A stretch of 49,971 bases of DNA, the filler included, from Bipalium vagum (Eukaryota), in the NCBI GenBank assembly GCA_037834085.1. It is 3 parts of 3 records of this genome, joined end to end, with 100 filler letters (N's around TTAATTAATTAA, not from the genome) between each part and the next. Parts side by side here need not be neighbours in the genome. Positions count along the whole stretch, not along the records: positions 1 to 17,398 come from JBBMKC010067811.1; positions 17,499 to 33,040 come from JBBMKC010160618.1; 1 more part is not named here. One strand, written 5' to 3'. The first letter of the stretch is position 1; every line of letters starts with the position of its first letter. The position numbers and the translations under genes are program-made. Of the stretch, positions 13,707 through 27,261 are shown in pieces. The notes beneath the pieces were generated by a model that was not told the DNA's origin, searched no databases, and saw nothing but the letters and a program-made list of their open reading frames with translations.

Positions 13707-14437
13707 AATTTTAATCTTGAAGTTAATCACAACTCTCAATTCTTATTCGTTATTAATCTTTGTAGAAAAAACTCGAGAATATAAAAATAAAATAAAGATA
13801 TTAAAAAAATTTTACATATTAAAATAATTATTAAATTTTTGCAAATTAATTCTGACTTTATTTCAATTTTTTTCATGTAAAAAAGTATTTTCTTTTATAT
13901 TACTTGGGGTATTTTACTTAAACTAGTAAAATTCTCTGATTGATTATTAAAATAAATTTTAATGAAATTTTTTTCAATATGTTTTAAGAATAATTCAGCC
14001 AATATTCCAAGATTAAAACTCATAAAACTTAATTTTGTAGCAATGTAAAACTTATTTTCATCAAGAAATAGATAATAGTAATAGTAATAAGTTTTTTTTC
14101 TTTGATAAACATAATTATTCTGAATTTTTAAGAATGTTCTATGAAAAATTTTTCAAATCGATTTTTAGGACATGTTAATTTTGAGAATTCAAGAGTCCTT
14201 CTGCAAAAAAATAATTAAATTCTCGAAATAGGTTAAAGGATTGTAAATTTCCTTAATTTTTATGATTATTTTATTATAAATTGCTAGAAAAATTATTTAT
14301 TATGTTTAAGTATAGTTCCGCCGTTTGATAATTATCTATTTAATTTTGTGTTATCTATTTATATGTTAAAATTTTAAAACAAGTTTTAAAGAATTTTATA
14401 TTTTAAATATAATTTATACCCAAAAAAGCTTTTTCAG

Positions 14438-14503
14438 GGAAATTTACTTTTCATATTCACTTTGGAAAATTTTCTATCAGTGCTCAAAATGGGCTTATAC
14501 TGA
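14438..14503 (+). CDS. Putative terminal calpain exon GNLLFIFTLENFLSVLKMGLY*
   Basis: TTTTTCAG acceptor. The peptide resembles the EF5 helix that ends classical calpains (G...F.L.EFL...MY). Stop at 14501-14503. Confidence 0.55.
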   Translation, partial: GNLLFIFTLENFLSVLKMGLY

Positions 14504-17398
14504 AAACCAGTGATTTTTGTGAGAACAGTCTGAAGCATGGAAAACCATTAAAATACTGCAAACTGGACGAGAACAATAAGAACAATTGGCTTCTTCAATA
14601 AATGGAACTCAACAAACTACTTTATGCCTCATATGTGATATGAAATAGATTTGGAAAGGAAAGTGGAATCTTCATGAATTAACTGAAAAAAACAATCTAC
14701 TACACAAAAAAGAAAGGAAAAAATACAAATAAATAATAAATAAAAATAATCTAATATAATATAATTAATAAAAGGAATAAAAAAACATGAAAGGAATAGA
14801 AGAGAGTCATTTTGGTATAATTACTGAAGATTAGGTGATATTTTTGCAATTTTAATCATCATATTATTATTGGTTGATCGAGACCGATCGAAAAATTCAA
14901 ACATAGAAACTAAAATATCATTGGAAAACTTGTTACTTGTTATAATACGAACAAAAAGTCATTTTGCACTATGAACTACTGAAACCAGAAGAGAAAGTTA
15001 CTGACGATTCCAATGAACATCAAATAATGGGAGTAATTCTTGATCTCAGATCGAAACAATCATATTGAGTTAATAAACGTAGAAAATGGTATTTTGTATC
15101 ATAACACATGGTTTCATGTTGCAAAACCTGTCACAGACAATCTCATAAAGTTAATGGTAATCCTGTCCACCGTACTCATCATACATTGTTCTTTCTGATT
15201 ATCATTTGTTTCGGTCGATGACCCTGATCTGTTTGAGCAAAAATTCAAGAGTTATGAATGTATCAAAACATTTCTAGATTATTGAATTCAATTTTTTCTG
15301 ATGAAATTTTTAAATTGTCCAAAATATCTGGATATTTGTTATTAATGATAGAAATTTTCTTTTTACTAAAAACATTTATCTTGAATGTTTTGAATTGTTA
15401 AAAACTAAGCACTTTCATACTTGTATTCATAATATTATCTCAAAATATCAATAATCTCAATGTTAATTCTCTTAATTGTATTCATCTTCAGAATCTTTCG
15501 ACTTTCTCCAAAGAAGCAATTCAGTGACTTTGACCAGAGAGGAAGTACCTTTTTATCCATTAAGATTTTTTAATGAAAGTTTCTTTTTATTTTCAGTATT
15601 TAAATATCGCGACGAAAATCTGACTCGAACCACTCATTTGCTCAATAATTTGTTTTTCTAAAGCTCAATCAATTGTTATTGATTTTATTTGACAGTATTC
15701 GCGGTAAATGGTTGAGATCACGTGTATTGATTTTGTACTATTATTATCCATTTTTTTCCATTTTCATCTGTTTTGCAATGGTTCGCACAATTTGCAACGA
15801 ATAATTTTTGAGCTGCAAAACAACTGTACGATATTGATTTTCAGATTTTCAAAAAATCATTCATGCTTCCTTTTCCTAAGATATACTCCAATCAATAATT
15901 CTATTTTCTTTTCAAGAGTGATCAAAAATATTGATGATTTTGTTGTTGTTGTTGTCGTTATGTTTCATTGCCATGTCATCGTCGACGGTACTGATGATGG
16001 TGTTGATGTTTCTACTGTTGTCAACGCTGATTGAAGATACATTTAAATAAATAAAGAGGAGAGATACGAAGAGAGGGGACTGTCATTTCTTTTTAGTAAA
16101 TTATTGATTTTCAGAATAATATCTTCTAGTAGCTGCATTGTGTTTTAGAATGTCCATAGAATGATTGCTTATGTTTTTTATAAAGAAAAAGTTGTGAATT
16201 TTTCTATTATATTCTCTGGAAAGATTGATCACTGTATATTGATTATGAGTTATTATTACTATTATCAAAATATGATTATTATTTTTCAAATTATTTTTTC
16301 AAAATTTCTTAAAGGTTTATTTTTTAGTAGACTGAGCGCATAATTCTATTACAAACAGTCTCTATTAAAATAATTCTAGACATTTAATATCTCACTTGAT
16401 AGTTTTAATAAAGTTCTTTATTTACCCAAAGTTTTAAATAAGACATCTACTAATATTAATCTATTAATACATTGGTGAACAACTCAAAATGTTATGAGAA
16501 CCATATTCGCTTGAAAAAATTTCGCGTGGCTGCACGAATTATGTTTTGGAGTTGTTATGCAATCACCATGTTATTGTGCGATATTTTTAAACATATTTAT
16601 TAAAATTATAATTAATTAATTACTTTCGTTTATATCACAATTTAATTTTGAAAAGAATCTTATAGTTTTTAATAAGATATATTACATCTTTTTCGGCAAA
16701 AAGTTTATGTTGAGGAGTCATATTTGAAGTTTCTGTTATTAATATATCCTTCAAATATTGTTCAGTCAAGTACGATTGCTGCATGCTTTTATTATTCAAA
16801 ATGGTCAATGTTTCTTAACATACCTATGTGGTTCCAAACAGCAAGAAAATTTTCATTGTAAGTTCAATTTGATTTTTTAAGGTTCAGAGTTTTGTAAAAA
16901 TCTTCCAAGGAGCTTGTTTTTGTAAACTGTCAAAGACTGTAAATCAATAACTTTCATTTGCAGATTAATTTATATTGAGTAGTCTAAAAAGTTTCCGATT
17001 TTGTTAATAGACGGTGAAAATGTTCTTTATGTATTTTGATTGAAATTTATTTGGTTTTAATATATCATTTTATAATTTATTATAAACCTAGTGTAAATGT
17101 TTGGGTTCGACGCTTACTGCGAGATCTAATCTCGAAAATATAAAACTGTTTACTCTATTAATATAGGTTAGAACTGGGCTCACCAACTACGTCAAAGGTA
17201 GTGTAACCAATAGGTGTTCTAAGATACGACTAAGCTCAATTAAAATAACTAAGATGACACGTATTTTTTTTACAAAAATATCTTTTGTATAACAATTAAA
17301 AATCTTTCTATCACAGTTATTATAATATCAATTAATTAATTAATGTCTTCTTGGTTTTATGATAACCGAAGAAGCCCTGATGACAAAAATACGTATTC

Positions 17399-17498
17399 NN
17401 NNNNNNNNNNNNNNNNNNNNNNNNNNNNNNNNNNNNNNNNNNTTAATTAATTAANNNNNNNNNNNNNNNNNNNNNNNNNNNNNNNNNNNNNNNNNNNN
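17399..17498. other. Artificial contig spacer N44-TTAATTAATTAA-N44
   Basis: Exactly 100 nt. The palindromic 12-mer gives stops in all six frames, and it is identical to the spacer at 33041. Confidence 0.97.

Positions 17499-17565
<67 letters not shown>
17499..17565. repeat. (TTA)n microsatellite at contig start
   Basis: Seen directly. Confidence 0.95.
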
Positions 17566-17566
<1 letters not shown>

Positions 17567-17592
17567 TATATTTATGGAAATAATCGTTCTAG

Positions 17593-17750
17593 TCTATTAC
17601 AATAAAAGAATTGTCTGAAACTATTCCGAAGGATGTATCCTATAAATTAGAGGATGATTCGACAATTGCAAATTATGACCAAAGACTTTCTCTTTTTGGA
17701 TACACAAATGAACATATTTATATGCTTATAATTCCAATGATAAAAGATCG
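17593..17750 (+). CDS. Glutamate synthase (NADH-GOGAT, GLT1-like) internal exon A
   Basis: TTCTAG acceptor. Encodes SITIKEL...DQRLSLFGYTNEHIYMLIIPMIKDR. Phase-2 GTGAGT donor matches the next exon. Confidence 0.85.
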
Positions 17751-18865
17751 GTGAGTGTATTTTATTTATTTATTTTTAAAATTTTTTTACTAAAACAGTT
17801 TAACTTGTAAAACCAAATTAAAAAAAACTTTAATCTATTAAATAAAGTGAGATTTTCCTCAAACTGATTTGATACATTCACATTCACATTTCGCATTTAA
17901 TAAAGTTGCTTTTTGATAAAATATTATTTATATTTTCGAAAGTCATTCGAACATCTTTCATTTTGGTTTGGGAGTTACCTTATTTTGATTATTATTATCC
18001 TTTATATTTTATTTAGTTGGTTGTCATTTTAGTTTTCGAAAAACACGGTTCTTGGTCAATTATTGTATTTTTTTAAAAATTTTTTGTTTCACTAAATGAC
18101 CAGTCTACAATTAATTAAAAAATATATATTAATTGTTGGCGGAAATCACATCGTCGTCGGCTGAAGCGGGAGTTTTAGTATGGCTCTGTGTGTATAGGAA
18201 TAATATATAATAAATCTTTTTCAGGATTTGAGCTTGCCTCGTCTGTGACATATTATCTTAAATTATTAATTATTTCATTCACTAACTTTTACTAACGAAT
18301 CTAGTATAAATAAATTTTCTATAGCAGATGCTAGTATTTGTACTATAATAACTTTTCATTGAAAATGATAGCCACAGAACCAGATGTTATTTATTTAATC
18401 TGTGTGAATTCAGTTTATGGTGTTGTGTTAGGTTGAAATCAAAACTAATCTTGTGAAGTACAATTCTTTTGTAATCTCTGCATTAATCTTAATAAACTTT
18501 CATTTTATTCATTATTTGTGCCTTTGCTTTCGTATTTTGTTGCAGACATAATCAAAACTATGAAAATGGAGTTCGTGTACAGATATTGGCACGGGGTTTG
18601 AAGAATGGCTGTAAAAGTAATGATAATGAATCAAAAGCAACAAAGTATCTAAATCTAATTTGGATGGAACAGTCTTCTAACCCTTCGCTGGAATGGTGTT
18701 ACTTATGTATTTTAATCGAAATTTTTATGAAAATCGAAGTATTAATATCCATTCGAACTGCTTATAGCGGCGAATTCAGTATTAATGTTTATTTTAAATT
18801 ATTGTTTTATTTTTATAAAAATCAATGAATATTTTATAGTGATTGAAATTTAACCTTAAAAATTG

Positions 18866-19913
18866 TAGGTTGCGTGAAAAGTCTTTCAGCCTTTTACATT
18901 AGTGACATTATTATCTGAAATAATTAAAAAAAATTGTCCATCTTTTAAATTTATATCTGTTAAATTTCAAATAAATCCATAAATCGAATATCTGTTTACA
19001 TGAATTCTAACTTGTTTACAATTTTAAATTGCAATATTTGAAAAAATCAAGTCGTTATTGAGTACTTATTAAAAAACAATAAATCAGGAAAAATGGTATG
19101 AATGGGGTTTTTCAAATGCCATTGTTGCTGCATTTAAATCAAGGTCGTACGTCAATTTAGAATGATATGCACATTACATGTTTAAAAATTTTGTCAACAA
19201 CAAATAGTATTGGTGAGATTCATGATACTGCTTGTGGAACAACAGGTATACCTACTCGTGAAATACCTCGTGTAGAGAGAATATCGGATAAATATTGAAT
19301 TTATATTTTGAAAAATATATTGCATATAACAGAGATTTTTGGAAAAGTAGTGCTTCCGAAAAGAGTGCTTGAAAGGTTTTAATCTGAATAAAACTGATTC
19401 TATGTGCCGTTTTATATTTGTCACTGAAACATGGATCTATTATCACAATCTTAAATGAAAACTGGAACGGTTGCAGCGAACAGGAGGTAAAATTTTGGGA
19501 AATTTTATAGCAACCGTTTCCTGCAATGTGAAACTTATCTTGATCATTGATTATCTTGGATTGATTATCTAGTAACCTATCTGATGAGTTGAAAAAATAT
19601 ATAAAACGCACCATTTCACAAAAGAACATTTACACCCGGTAAGAGGAGCGAATAAAAATATTAATCAGCTAAACGTCTATCATATTCTCCCAATGATTTT
19701 AAAACTTTCGAAGCCTTTAACAATTCTTTGGATACATGTGTTTTGTATCAACACAATACTTTGGAGACTTTGAGAATACACTTTAAATATGAAATTGAAT
19801 TAGTGTAGAAGCATTGGGTTAAGTGTGTTACATTGTCAGGAAATTATTTTGATGTTTTTGATATATTTTCACATTCTTTCATTTTTAAGCTAACGACTTT
19901 TCACGCAACCCAT
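18866..19913 (+). mobile_element. Decayed mariner with both TIRs
   Basis: GGTTGCGTGAAAAGTC at 18868-18883 is perfectly inverted at 19895-19910. Remnants VVIEYL, PYSP-like and HWVKCVTLSGNYF. Confidence 0.85.
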
Positions 19914-21563
19914 ATATATATAGATTATTATTTGTCTTATTTCAATTGATAATTCTATAGATGAAAAATTATTTAAATAAAAATATTAAAGATGATTAAA
20001 ATAAATGTTGAACAATTTCTTATTTAGTTGTAATAAAAATTACTTTTACAAAAATTTTCTTAATAATTTGATAATAATATTATGATTATTTTTTATAATT
20101 ATTATCATTATTTTACAGTTGGTCTGTCAATCCTTTGATTTAGTAAATAAATATTAGGTTGTTGTAATATAAAATTGAGAATTTAAAGTAGTAGAGGATA
20201 AAATTAAACAACATGTTTTAAATAAATGTTATTAATCAAATGATTAGTGGGACTTTGAGCCGAAACAACTTATTGACAGAAATTGTAAACATAATTAAAC
20301 ATAAACACTTATAAGAATCTATCCCTCTTTCGTAGGGAGATCAAGTGAGATCAACTCAGTTAACAAAAAAATCAAGTTTTAATCTTTTGGTTGTGAATGA
20401 AAAATATCTTAAGTTTATATATGTTTTTAAAAATAATTTGCATAGAAATGTAAATAAAGTAGAATAAGTCTATTATGTTGTCCAGCATAAAATGTATTTT
20501 TTATTTAAGTTTTCAAAATGAAATTATTCAATAAGTAATAATTGAACATCTTGTTTAAATATACCAAATTACAGCAGGAATTTAAAAGTTAATCATCTGT
20601 TTAAGTACATGGATTCTTTACTTATAAATAAAAATTGACACTACTAAGGTACCATTCAAAAGGACGTACCTCAGCTCTTTTGAATTCATAAGTAGGAATT
20701 TGTTGAAATTTGAATCATTAAACCTTTATCTCGTTAGTGAGTGTTTTAACAGTAATGGAAAATATTTTAATTAATAATTTTTCCTTTTATGACTTATTTC
20801 ATTTACCACTTCAAAACGACATTTCATACTGGTCCATTTAATAAAATTCAGATTAAAATCCGAATTGAACATATTATATCTGACGTCACTATATATAAAA
20901 ATCGTATTCTATTATTTTTATATCTTAAAATATTAAGTTGATAATATTATAAATATTTTTTAAGGTCCTTAGACGTAGTGTTTCAGTAATTATGAATTGC
21001 TATTTGAGAGAAATTAGTGTAATTTATGCTATTCAATTTTATAGTATTTTGATAACCTTAATATGAGACTTATCATTTTACAGTGCTATAATTCCAAACT
21101 AAACATAATTTGGAAAAACACGAAAACTTTCATTTGAATCACTTTATCTGTTATTTTTAATTAAACTATCTGAGTTAATTGGAATTTCGGATTTTTCTGA
21201 CAATCTTTCCTCATGCTAATATAGTTTTATAGAATTCTTTTCAATATTTTATGGTTGCATCAAATTCAACGAAATCTTATTACTTTAACATTTTATTACA
21301 TTCTGGTTCCAGATTATTTTATCAAGAATTTCGTATTATTAAACCTAGAAAAAATTTAATTTGTGATAAATTAATGAAATCGATATAATACAGGGTTTGA
21401 TAGTTGGTCAATTTTTTTTGTCACAAAATGCAGTTTTTTTTAGTTTTATAAGATTTTCGAAGAACGAGAGAAGTTTCAAACTCCTGCGATTGAATTGTTA
21501 AAAATTGATTTTTGTAATGTTTTTAATAAATTTATAATTTTTTGTAAATAAATTATAATTCTA

Positions 21564-22220
21564 CAGATTTATACAGAAATATATAGAAAAATATTCAAAA
21601 TATGTAGAAAATTATTCAGAAATATATAGGAAAAATCGATTTTTTCTATTTAAATTTGATCACATTTTAGTCAGCCAAAAATATCAGCTGCACTGTTGTT
21701 ATTAAAATGTCAGGTTTCATTGTTTTTTCATGTTTTTTATTAAATCAAATTTACAGGCATTTTATGCTTCGAAATCAAAGATGGATCTTTCAATGGACTT
21801 TTTTAGTGACAAGCTATGCAATCATTTCGATCGAAATTCTGGGGATGTATTGGTGATGGACAATTGCAGGTTGCATCACCGCAAAGATGTTATTAAGTTG
21901 CTGACAGAACGAGGTATTGCTTACAGATTTCTGTCACCATACTCGCCTCAGCTACAATTCGCAAATACTGTATCATTCTTTATAAAAACCATTATAAATC
22001 GGGACGATTAATTACTCAAGTACTCATTCATAACGATATAGATTTTAGTGATTATTTTCGCAACATTTAGAAAAACCTTGGCGAGACAACAATTTATTTA
22101 GTGTACATTTCCATTATATATTTCTGAAAATTTTTCTATATATTTGAATAATTTTCTATATATTTTGAATATTTTTCTATATATTTTGAATATTTTTCTA
22201 TATATTTCTGCATAACCCTG
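21564..22220 (+). mobile_element. Internally deleted Tc1/IS630-like (DDE_3) element with long subrepeat-containing TIRs
   Basis: TA-flanked CAG...CTG ends with inverted AAATATATAGAAAAATATTCAAA subrepeats. ORF 21730-22011 has VLVMDNCRLH...FLSPYSPQL. Confidence 0.85.
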
Positions 22221-22732
22221 TAATATATAAAATTAATTTGTAAGCGTGATTAAAAATTGCTTGAATCATTGTAATTAGTACTAATGTTTAAAAATGTCTA
22301 ACATCCCAGCCTAACCAAAATTAATAAATACTGTTTTAAATTTCCAAAAAAATTAAAAAGAGCCTGTCACTTGTACCTTATTGCTTATTTTGTTCCATCT
22401 CAATAATGTATGAGCAGTGATCAAGCATATAGAATCTACGAAAGGGCTTACCAACAATGCTATTGCCTAGTCATTCATATCCGACTTCCTAATGATTATT
22501 AAATTGTAAGAATTAAATTAGAATTCTAAACATTATTAAATTCTTGTAAGTTAATTCTTTAAATAATTTTAAATAAAAATATCGGCAAAGTTGAGATTTT
22601 TAAAAGTTTGTTTAAATATTTTGTTGGAAGACATTAATAAAAAAAGATTGAACATTAATTCTTATTGTTCAACAATATTTATAATTTGATTGTTTTTTAT
22701 AATTATTTAATATTTCACTTTGTTAATTGAAA

Positions 22733-23300
22733 TATTAGGTCATTAAGTATGAAATGCGTGGATTTAAGACAAAATATTTATAAATGAAATCTTTCAGAAG
22801 GAACAAAAGAATCAATCGAAGTATGCACCATTAGAAAGAATAAACTTCTGACATCTCACTTGTAAGTCGGAAATGTCTTTATCGAAAAACTATGGTTTGA
22901 GGGAATCAATAAATTGAGTGAAGGCACTTTGCACAGCCTCTGCGGAATTGAAATTTTTTCCTTGTAGGAAGTTGTCCAAATTCTGGAAAAAACAATAATC
23001 TGTAGCTGATAGGTCTGAAGAATAAAGAAAATAATCGATTGTTTCCAAATTCATCTCCAAAATTTTTAATTGAGTCAGATTTGCAACATGCGGAAGAGCA
23101 TTGTTATGGAGCAGAATTAATTTATCTATATTGGCCAATTTCGGCTGTTTTTTGCCAGATTCTTCATCATTTCTTCCAATTGAATGCAGATTGACTGACC
23201 TGGTTTCAAGAAACTATGTTATATCACTCCATGACTTGTCCACCAAACAGTAACCATCAGCTTCTTTTGATGAATTTTCGGCCTTGGACATATTTTAGGA
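22733..23300 (-). mobile_element. Mariner 3' half
   Basis: Minus strand PKIHQKKLMVTVWW, LLHNNALPH, YSSDLSATDY.FFQNLDNFLQGK. TIR TATTAGGTCATTAAGTATGAAATGCG. Confidence 0.9.
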
Positions 23301-25169
23301 GGATTAAATTCTCACACGGTTTTTGTTTTATGTAAGAACCAATACATTGCTAAAGTTTTGGATGAGGTTTTATTAATAAAAAAATAAATGGAGAATTTAA
23401 AAAATTACTGATAGAAATTGTAATTATTAAATTTGTTTTAATGACTATCCAGTGTATAAATTAACCTATCAATTAAAATTAAAATAAAACCATAAAAATA
23501 TTTCTGAAAATGTATCCTATCTGGATGGATGAAGTGATAAAATTTGTTTCCAATCCTTAATCAACTGATAAAATAAATTTTTTAATCAAATAAAATTGAA
23601 TTAATTAAAATATCTCAAATAATAAATTTTTTTACAAAAATAATTCGATTTATATTAATATAAAATTTGATAAATTCGATTTTCACATTAATTAATCTTT
23701 TTATGACTGAATTATATTATTTCTAAAACTAAAACTCAGAATTAATTAGATTAAAATATTGAGACAGAGCAAATAATAATATTAATATGAGACAAAATAT
23801 TTCGTGAGAATTGTATAATTAAGAAATAAAATCTAATTTTGTTTTGATAATATAAATTTTAACCAATACATTTCTTTTTTATAATTTTAATGTTATACAA
23901 TTCCCTTTGGAAAAACCAGTCACATGCCTCTTTTATCTCTCCGGATTATTTTTAAAGGAAGTGTCAAGTATGATTTAATAAAATATTATAGGAGATATAA
24001 TGGATTTTTAATATGTATATTATTGTTAAAAAATCAAATTCACCAAAGGGTTCAGCCATTAGGTAAACTTCGTTTTGAAACAGACAAAAATTAAACATCA
24101 AGACAATCCATAATAAAGTTATACTAGGAATATTGAAGTGCTTTTTAAGTTGTTTTTTTTTGGCATAAAAGACACTTTCTCGCAGCTTACATTTTAACAA
24201 TAAACTCCTTCAAACTACACAGAAAGAAGTAAAAAGACATTAGATTAGAAAATATTACAAATCGTATTTATGAACTTGACTTTTTAAAAATTTCTATATA
24301 TGTAAAGTATCAGTTTTTTGATGGTCATCAAATCCTTTTTTCGAGAAAAACGAAGAGTTTGTACAATTTCTACGTCTCAGCAAGCCATGGAAAACTTTCT
24401 CCGAACCTGAGATAAAGAAGAAACGGCCAAACTATTTTTTGAACCAAGCGATATTTTGATATGCAGAATGGAAGTACGCAAGGCTTAAAAAAGCTATTTT
24501 AACTTTCAGTTCTAAGCTAATTGTTTTCATTTCAAGGTATCCGCTATCAAAAAGCATACTCTCCTTGGTAGATTTACGAAGAACCAAATTGGAATTGGTT
24601 CATTCTGGTGAAAAATGTTTGTATAATAAAGTGACAGGTGTAGCAGTTAAAATACGTAATTAATGTCATCTTTACCGTGAAAATATTAGTTCATATAATA
24701 CAATCAAAACCAATTAGAAGATACAAAAATGATTGAGAAGTACTTAATCAATTTCTATCTTAATCTGACCTTGCTACATCGTTATAACTATCTGTTTTCT
24801 TCTTTGATAAAACAAGTTGATTACGCTCGTTGATTCAAATGATATAAAATTGACTTTAGTTCTCTTATTTGACCTCTGAATAATGTTCCATATATTTATA
24901 AATTGTTTAACCGGAAAATGAAGACAAGTTATAGAAAATAACAGAAATTAAATTTTAGATAGAACTAAGATCTTTTGAATATCTATCCTTTTTCATTTTT
25001 GCATAAAATTTCCAAAAACTTTCAACTTAACTTGATCAAATATAATAACTTAATATATATTATATTTTATGATGGTATTTACACTTGCAGAACCAATATA
25101 ACATAATAATTCATATATTTTATTTCAAATCTGTAAAAAGAGTATCGCTTATTTTCGTAATATTTTCAG

Positions 25170-25320
25170 AAAGGAAGCATTGGGATCAATGGGAAATGAT
25201 GCTCCTTTAGCTTGCCTGTCGATGTACAATCCATTGTTATTTGAATATTTTAAGCAATTATTTGCTCAGGTAACAAATCCCCCAATCGATCCATTCAGAG
25301 AAAAGATTGTTATGACCTTG
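25170..25320 (+). CDS. Glutamate synthase exon B
   Basis: [17 protein letters not shown]...[25 protein letters not shown] is a GOGAT signature. AG/GT boundaries in phase. Confidence 0.97.
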
Positions 25321-25391
25321 GTATGAATGAAATGATTTTAACACGAGAAATATTTTCTGGATAGAAAAATATATAACTTTCCCCTGTCTAG

Positions 25392-25780
25392 GCATGTCCA
25401 ATTGGTCCCGAGGCAAATATCCTTGAACCTAGCGCGGAGCAGTGTGATCGTCTGTGGCTCAAGCAACCAATTCTATCTCTGAGAGACTTAGACGTATTAC
25501 TTTTAGTTAATCATCGAGGCTGGAAAAGCAAGAGAATATCCATCACATACCCCTTTGCCAATGACAAAACACTTTTTGTACAAGCCATCGACGATGTATG
25601 TCAGGAGGCAGAGCAGGCTGTCAATGATGGCTGCAGAATTATTGTTTTGTCTGATAGAGATGTTGGTGTTTCTAAGATCAGCTTGCCTAGCTTAGTTGCT
25701 GTGGGAGCCGTCCATCATCATTTGATTAACAAAAAACTGAGACTGAAATGCGCAATAATAATCGATACTGGAGAAGCAAG
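25392..25780 (+). CDS. Glutamate synthase exon C
   Basis: Follows a 71-bp intron. ACPIGPEANILEP...IIVLSDR...AVGAVHHHLI...IIDTGEAR. Confidence 0.97.
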
Positions 25781-26065
25781 GTATCATTATATGGATTATT
25801 AATTTTGATTTTTCTTGTATATGTTTTCCTGTGTAATGCAAATTTATTATTGAATTTATGTAACGTTTTTTTTCCAATTTACGATAAGGTTTTATAATTT
25901 ATATTTATTAAAAAATTGCGTTTGTTACATATATATGAAATCCTGTTTAAAGAAGATTTTTTATATATGATTCTTTAAATCAAATATTAGGTTATTTCAA
26001 AAGTTTTCGTGATTTGATAGTTTAATTTTCTTTTATCAAAATAAATATTTTTAGTAAAAATTATT

Positions 26066-27261
26066 AAAATTTTTGGACTCGGTCAAAAAACATACTTAAT
26101 ACGATTGAAACGAATCACAAAAAATAACAAAAGTAAATAATTTTCTTTTTACAAATTTATTAAATAAAAAATTGATTCGCAGTTTCTCGATTGAATATTT
26201 TAGCGCCACATTCATTCATTTAGATATAATTTCAAGAGATCACTATAGTTTTCCCCCAAATCGATTCGTTTTATGTGTGAACACCAGTCTTTCTGCCAAT
26301 AAAATTCATCTTGTGGTTGATAGTTCGATGAACATAAATTTCATCTTTAGAATGGGTTCTCCAATTTTTAATGGATTTTCAAGAAAAAATTTTACATTTC
26401 CGCACAGAAATTAATAACGACAGATTTTGAAACGCCCGTGTCTTCAAGACTTGACTTTTATGATCTGCCCAGAACCCCTCGCTTCTAGCTTCACAGCTAT
26501 GACCCAGAACGTAAAAATTATCTTTATTTTTATCCTTTATTTATTTATCTATATTTTTTAAAAATGGTAAGAACAATAAATGGTCAATAAGTAACTCTCA
26601 ATGAATAAATGAGGGAATTGTATCCTGACTCATTCGCTGATCTACACAGCAATATCCCTGAGGTCATAAATGGATATAGCAGTGGGGTTTTTTTGTACAT
26701 ATGGTATTTTCGGAATAATTAGGATTTGTGAATTCTTCATTCTAGACTCAGATAAGTCTTGGTTTTCCTTTTATGTATCATGAGTACGTTTTATATTCTG
26801 TGCTGCCCAAGATTGGTGAAAAAGAGAGAAATAAACTAAGTGAAGATAAAAAAGAAATATGAAAAAAATAGTACAAAAGTGTTACTTTTTTTAATGGACA
26901 CATTTATTTAGAGGTACTTTGAATTTCTCAAAAATGATTTTCTTCTAATAGAAAAATATCTATTGTAATTTATGCAATTTTTTCGTGCAGCAGCGTCATA
27001 AAACACAATCAGTAATAATTATAGTAATAACAGATTGGTTTTCTTTAAAACATAATTGCATAGGATGGAATACCCATCACCATGCTGCTTATTGATTTAA
27101 TATTCATTTCTTTAATATCAACATGAAAAAATTGAGATCGGTCAAAAAGGAGACTTGATGTCAGAGACCGGTCAAAAATAGAATTGGTGTCAGAGACCGG
27201 TCAAAAATAGAATTGGTGTCAGAGACCGGTCAAAAAAAAATGATCCAAATTTTTTTACTAA
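26066..27261 (-). mobile_element. Nested ~1.2-kb decayed element (Tc1-like, tentative) with a subterminal 30-bp tandem array
   Basis: Interrupts the mariner 5' UTR. CGGTCAAAAA motifs occur near both ends. Coding remnants are weak and boundaries approximate. Confidence 0.5.
27135..27240. repeat. 30-bp tandem repeat, ~3.5 copies
   Basis: GAGACCGGTCAAAAATAGAATTGGTGTCA-type units head to tail. Confidence 0.9.

Noticed and set aside
15200-15235. Minus-strand hammerhead-like CAGATCAG-GGTC-ATC-GACC-GAAAC
   Set aside because: Two core mismatches and no stem I or III. Other CTGANGA hits (3988, 19581, 39562, 40012) lack stem II.
15667-15732. bantam-like miRNA hairpin (TGAGATCACGTGTATTGATT with a partly complementary upstream arm)
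   Set aside because: Only the seed matches. The conserved AAAGCUG 3' part is absent, central pairing is poor and the loop is about 25 nt.
27135-27240. CRISPR-like array
   Set aside because: The inter-repeat segments are copies of each other rather than unique spacers, the context is eukaryotic, and there are no cas genes.
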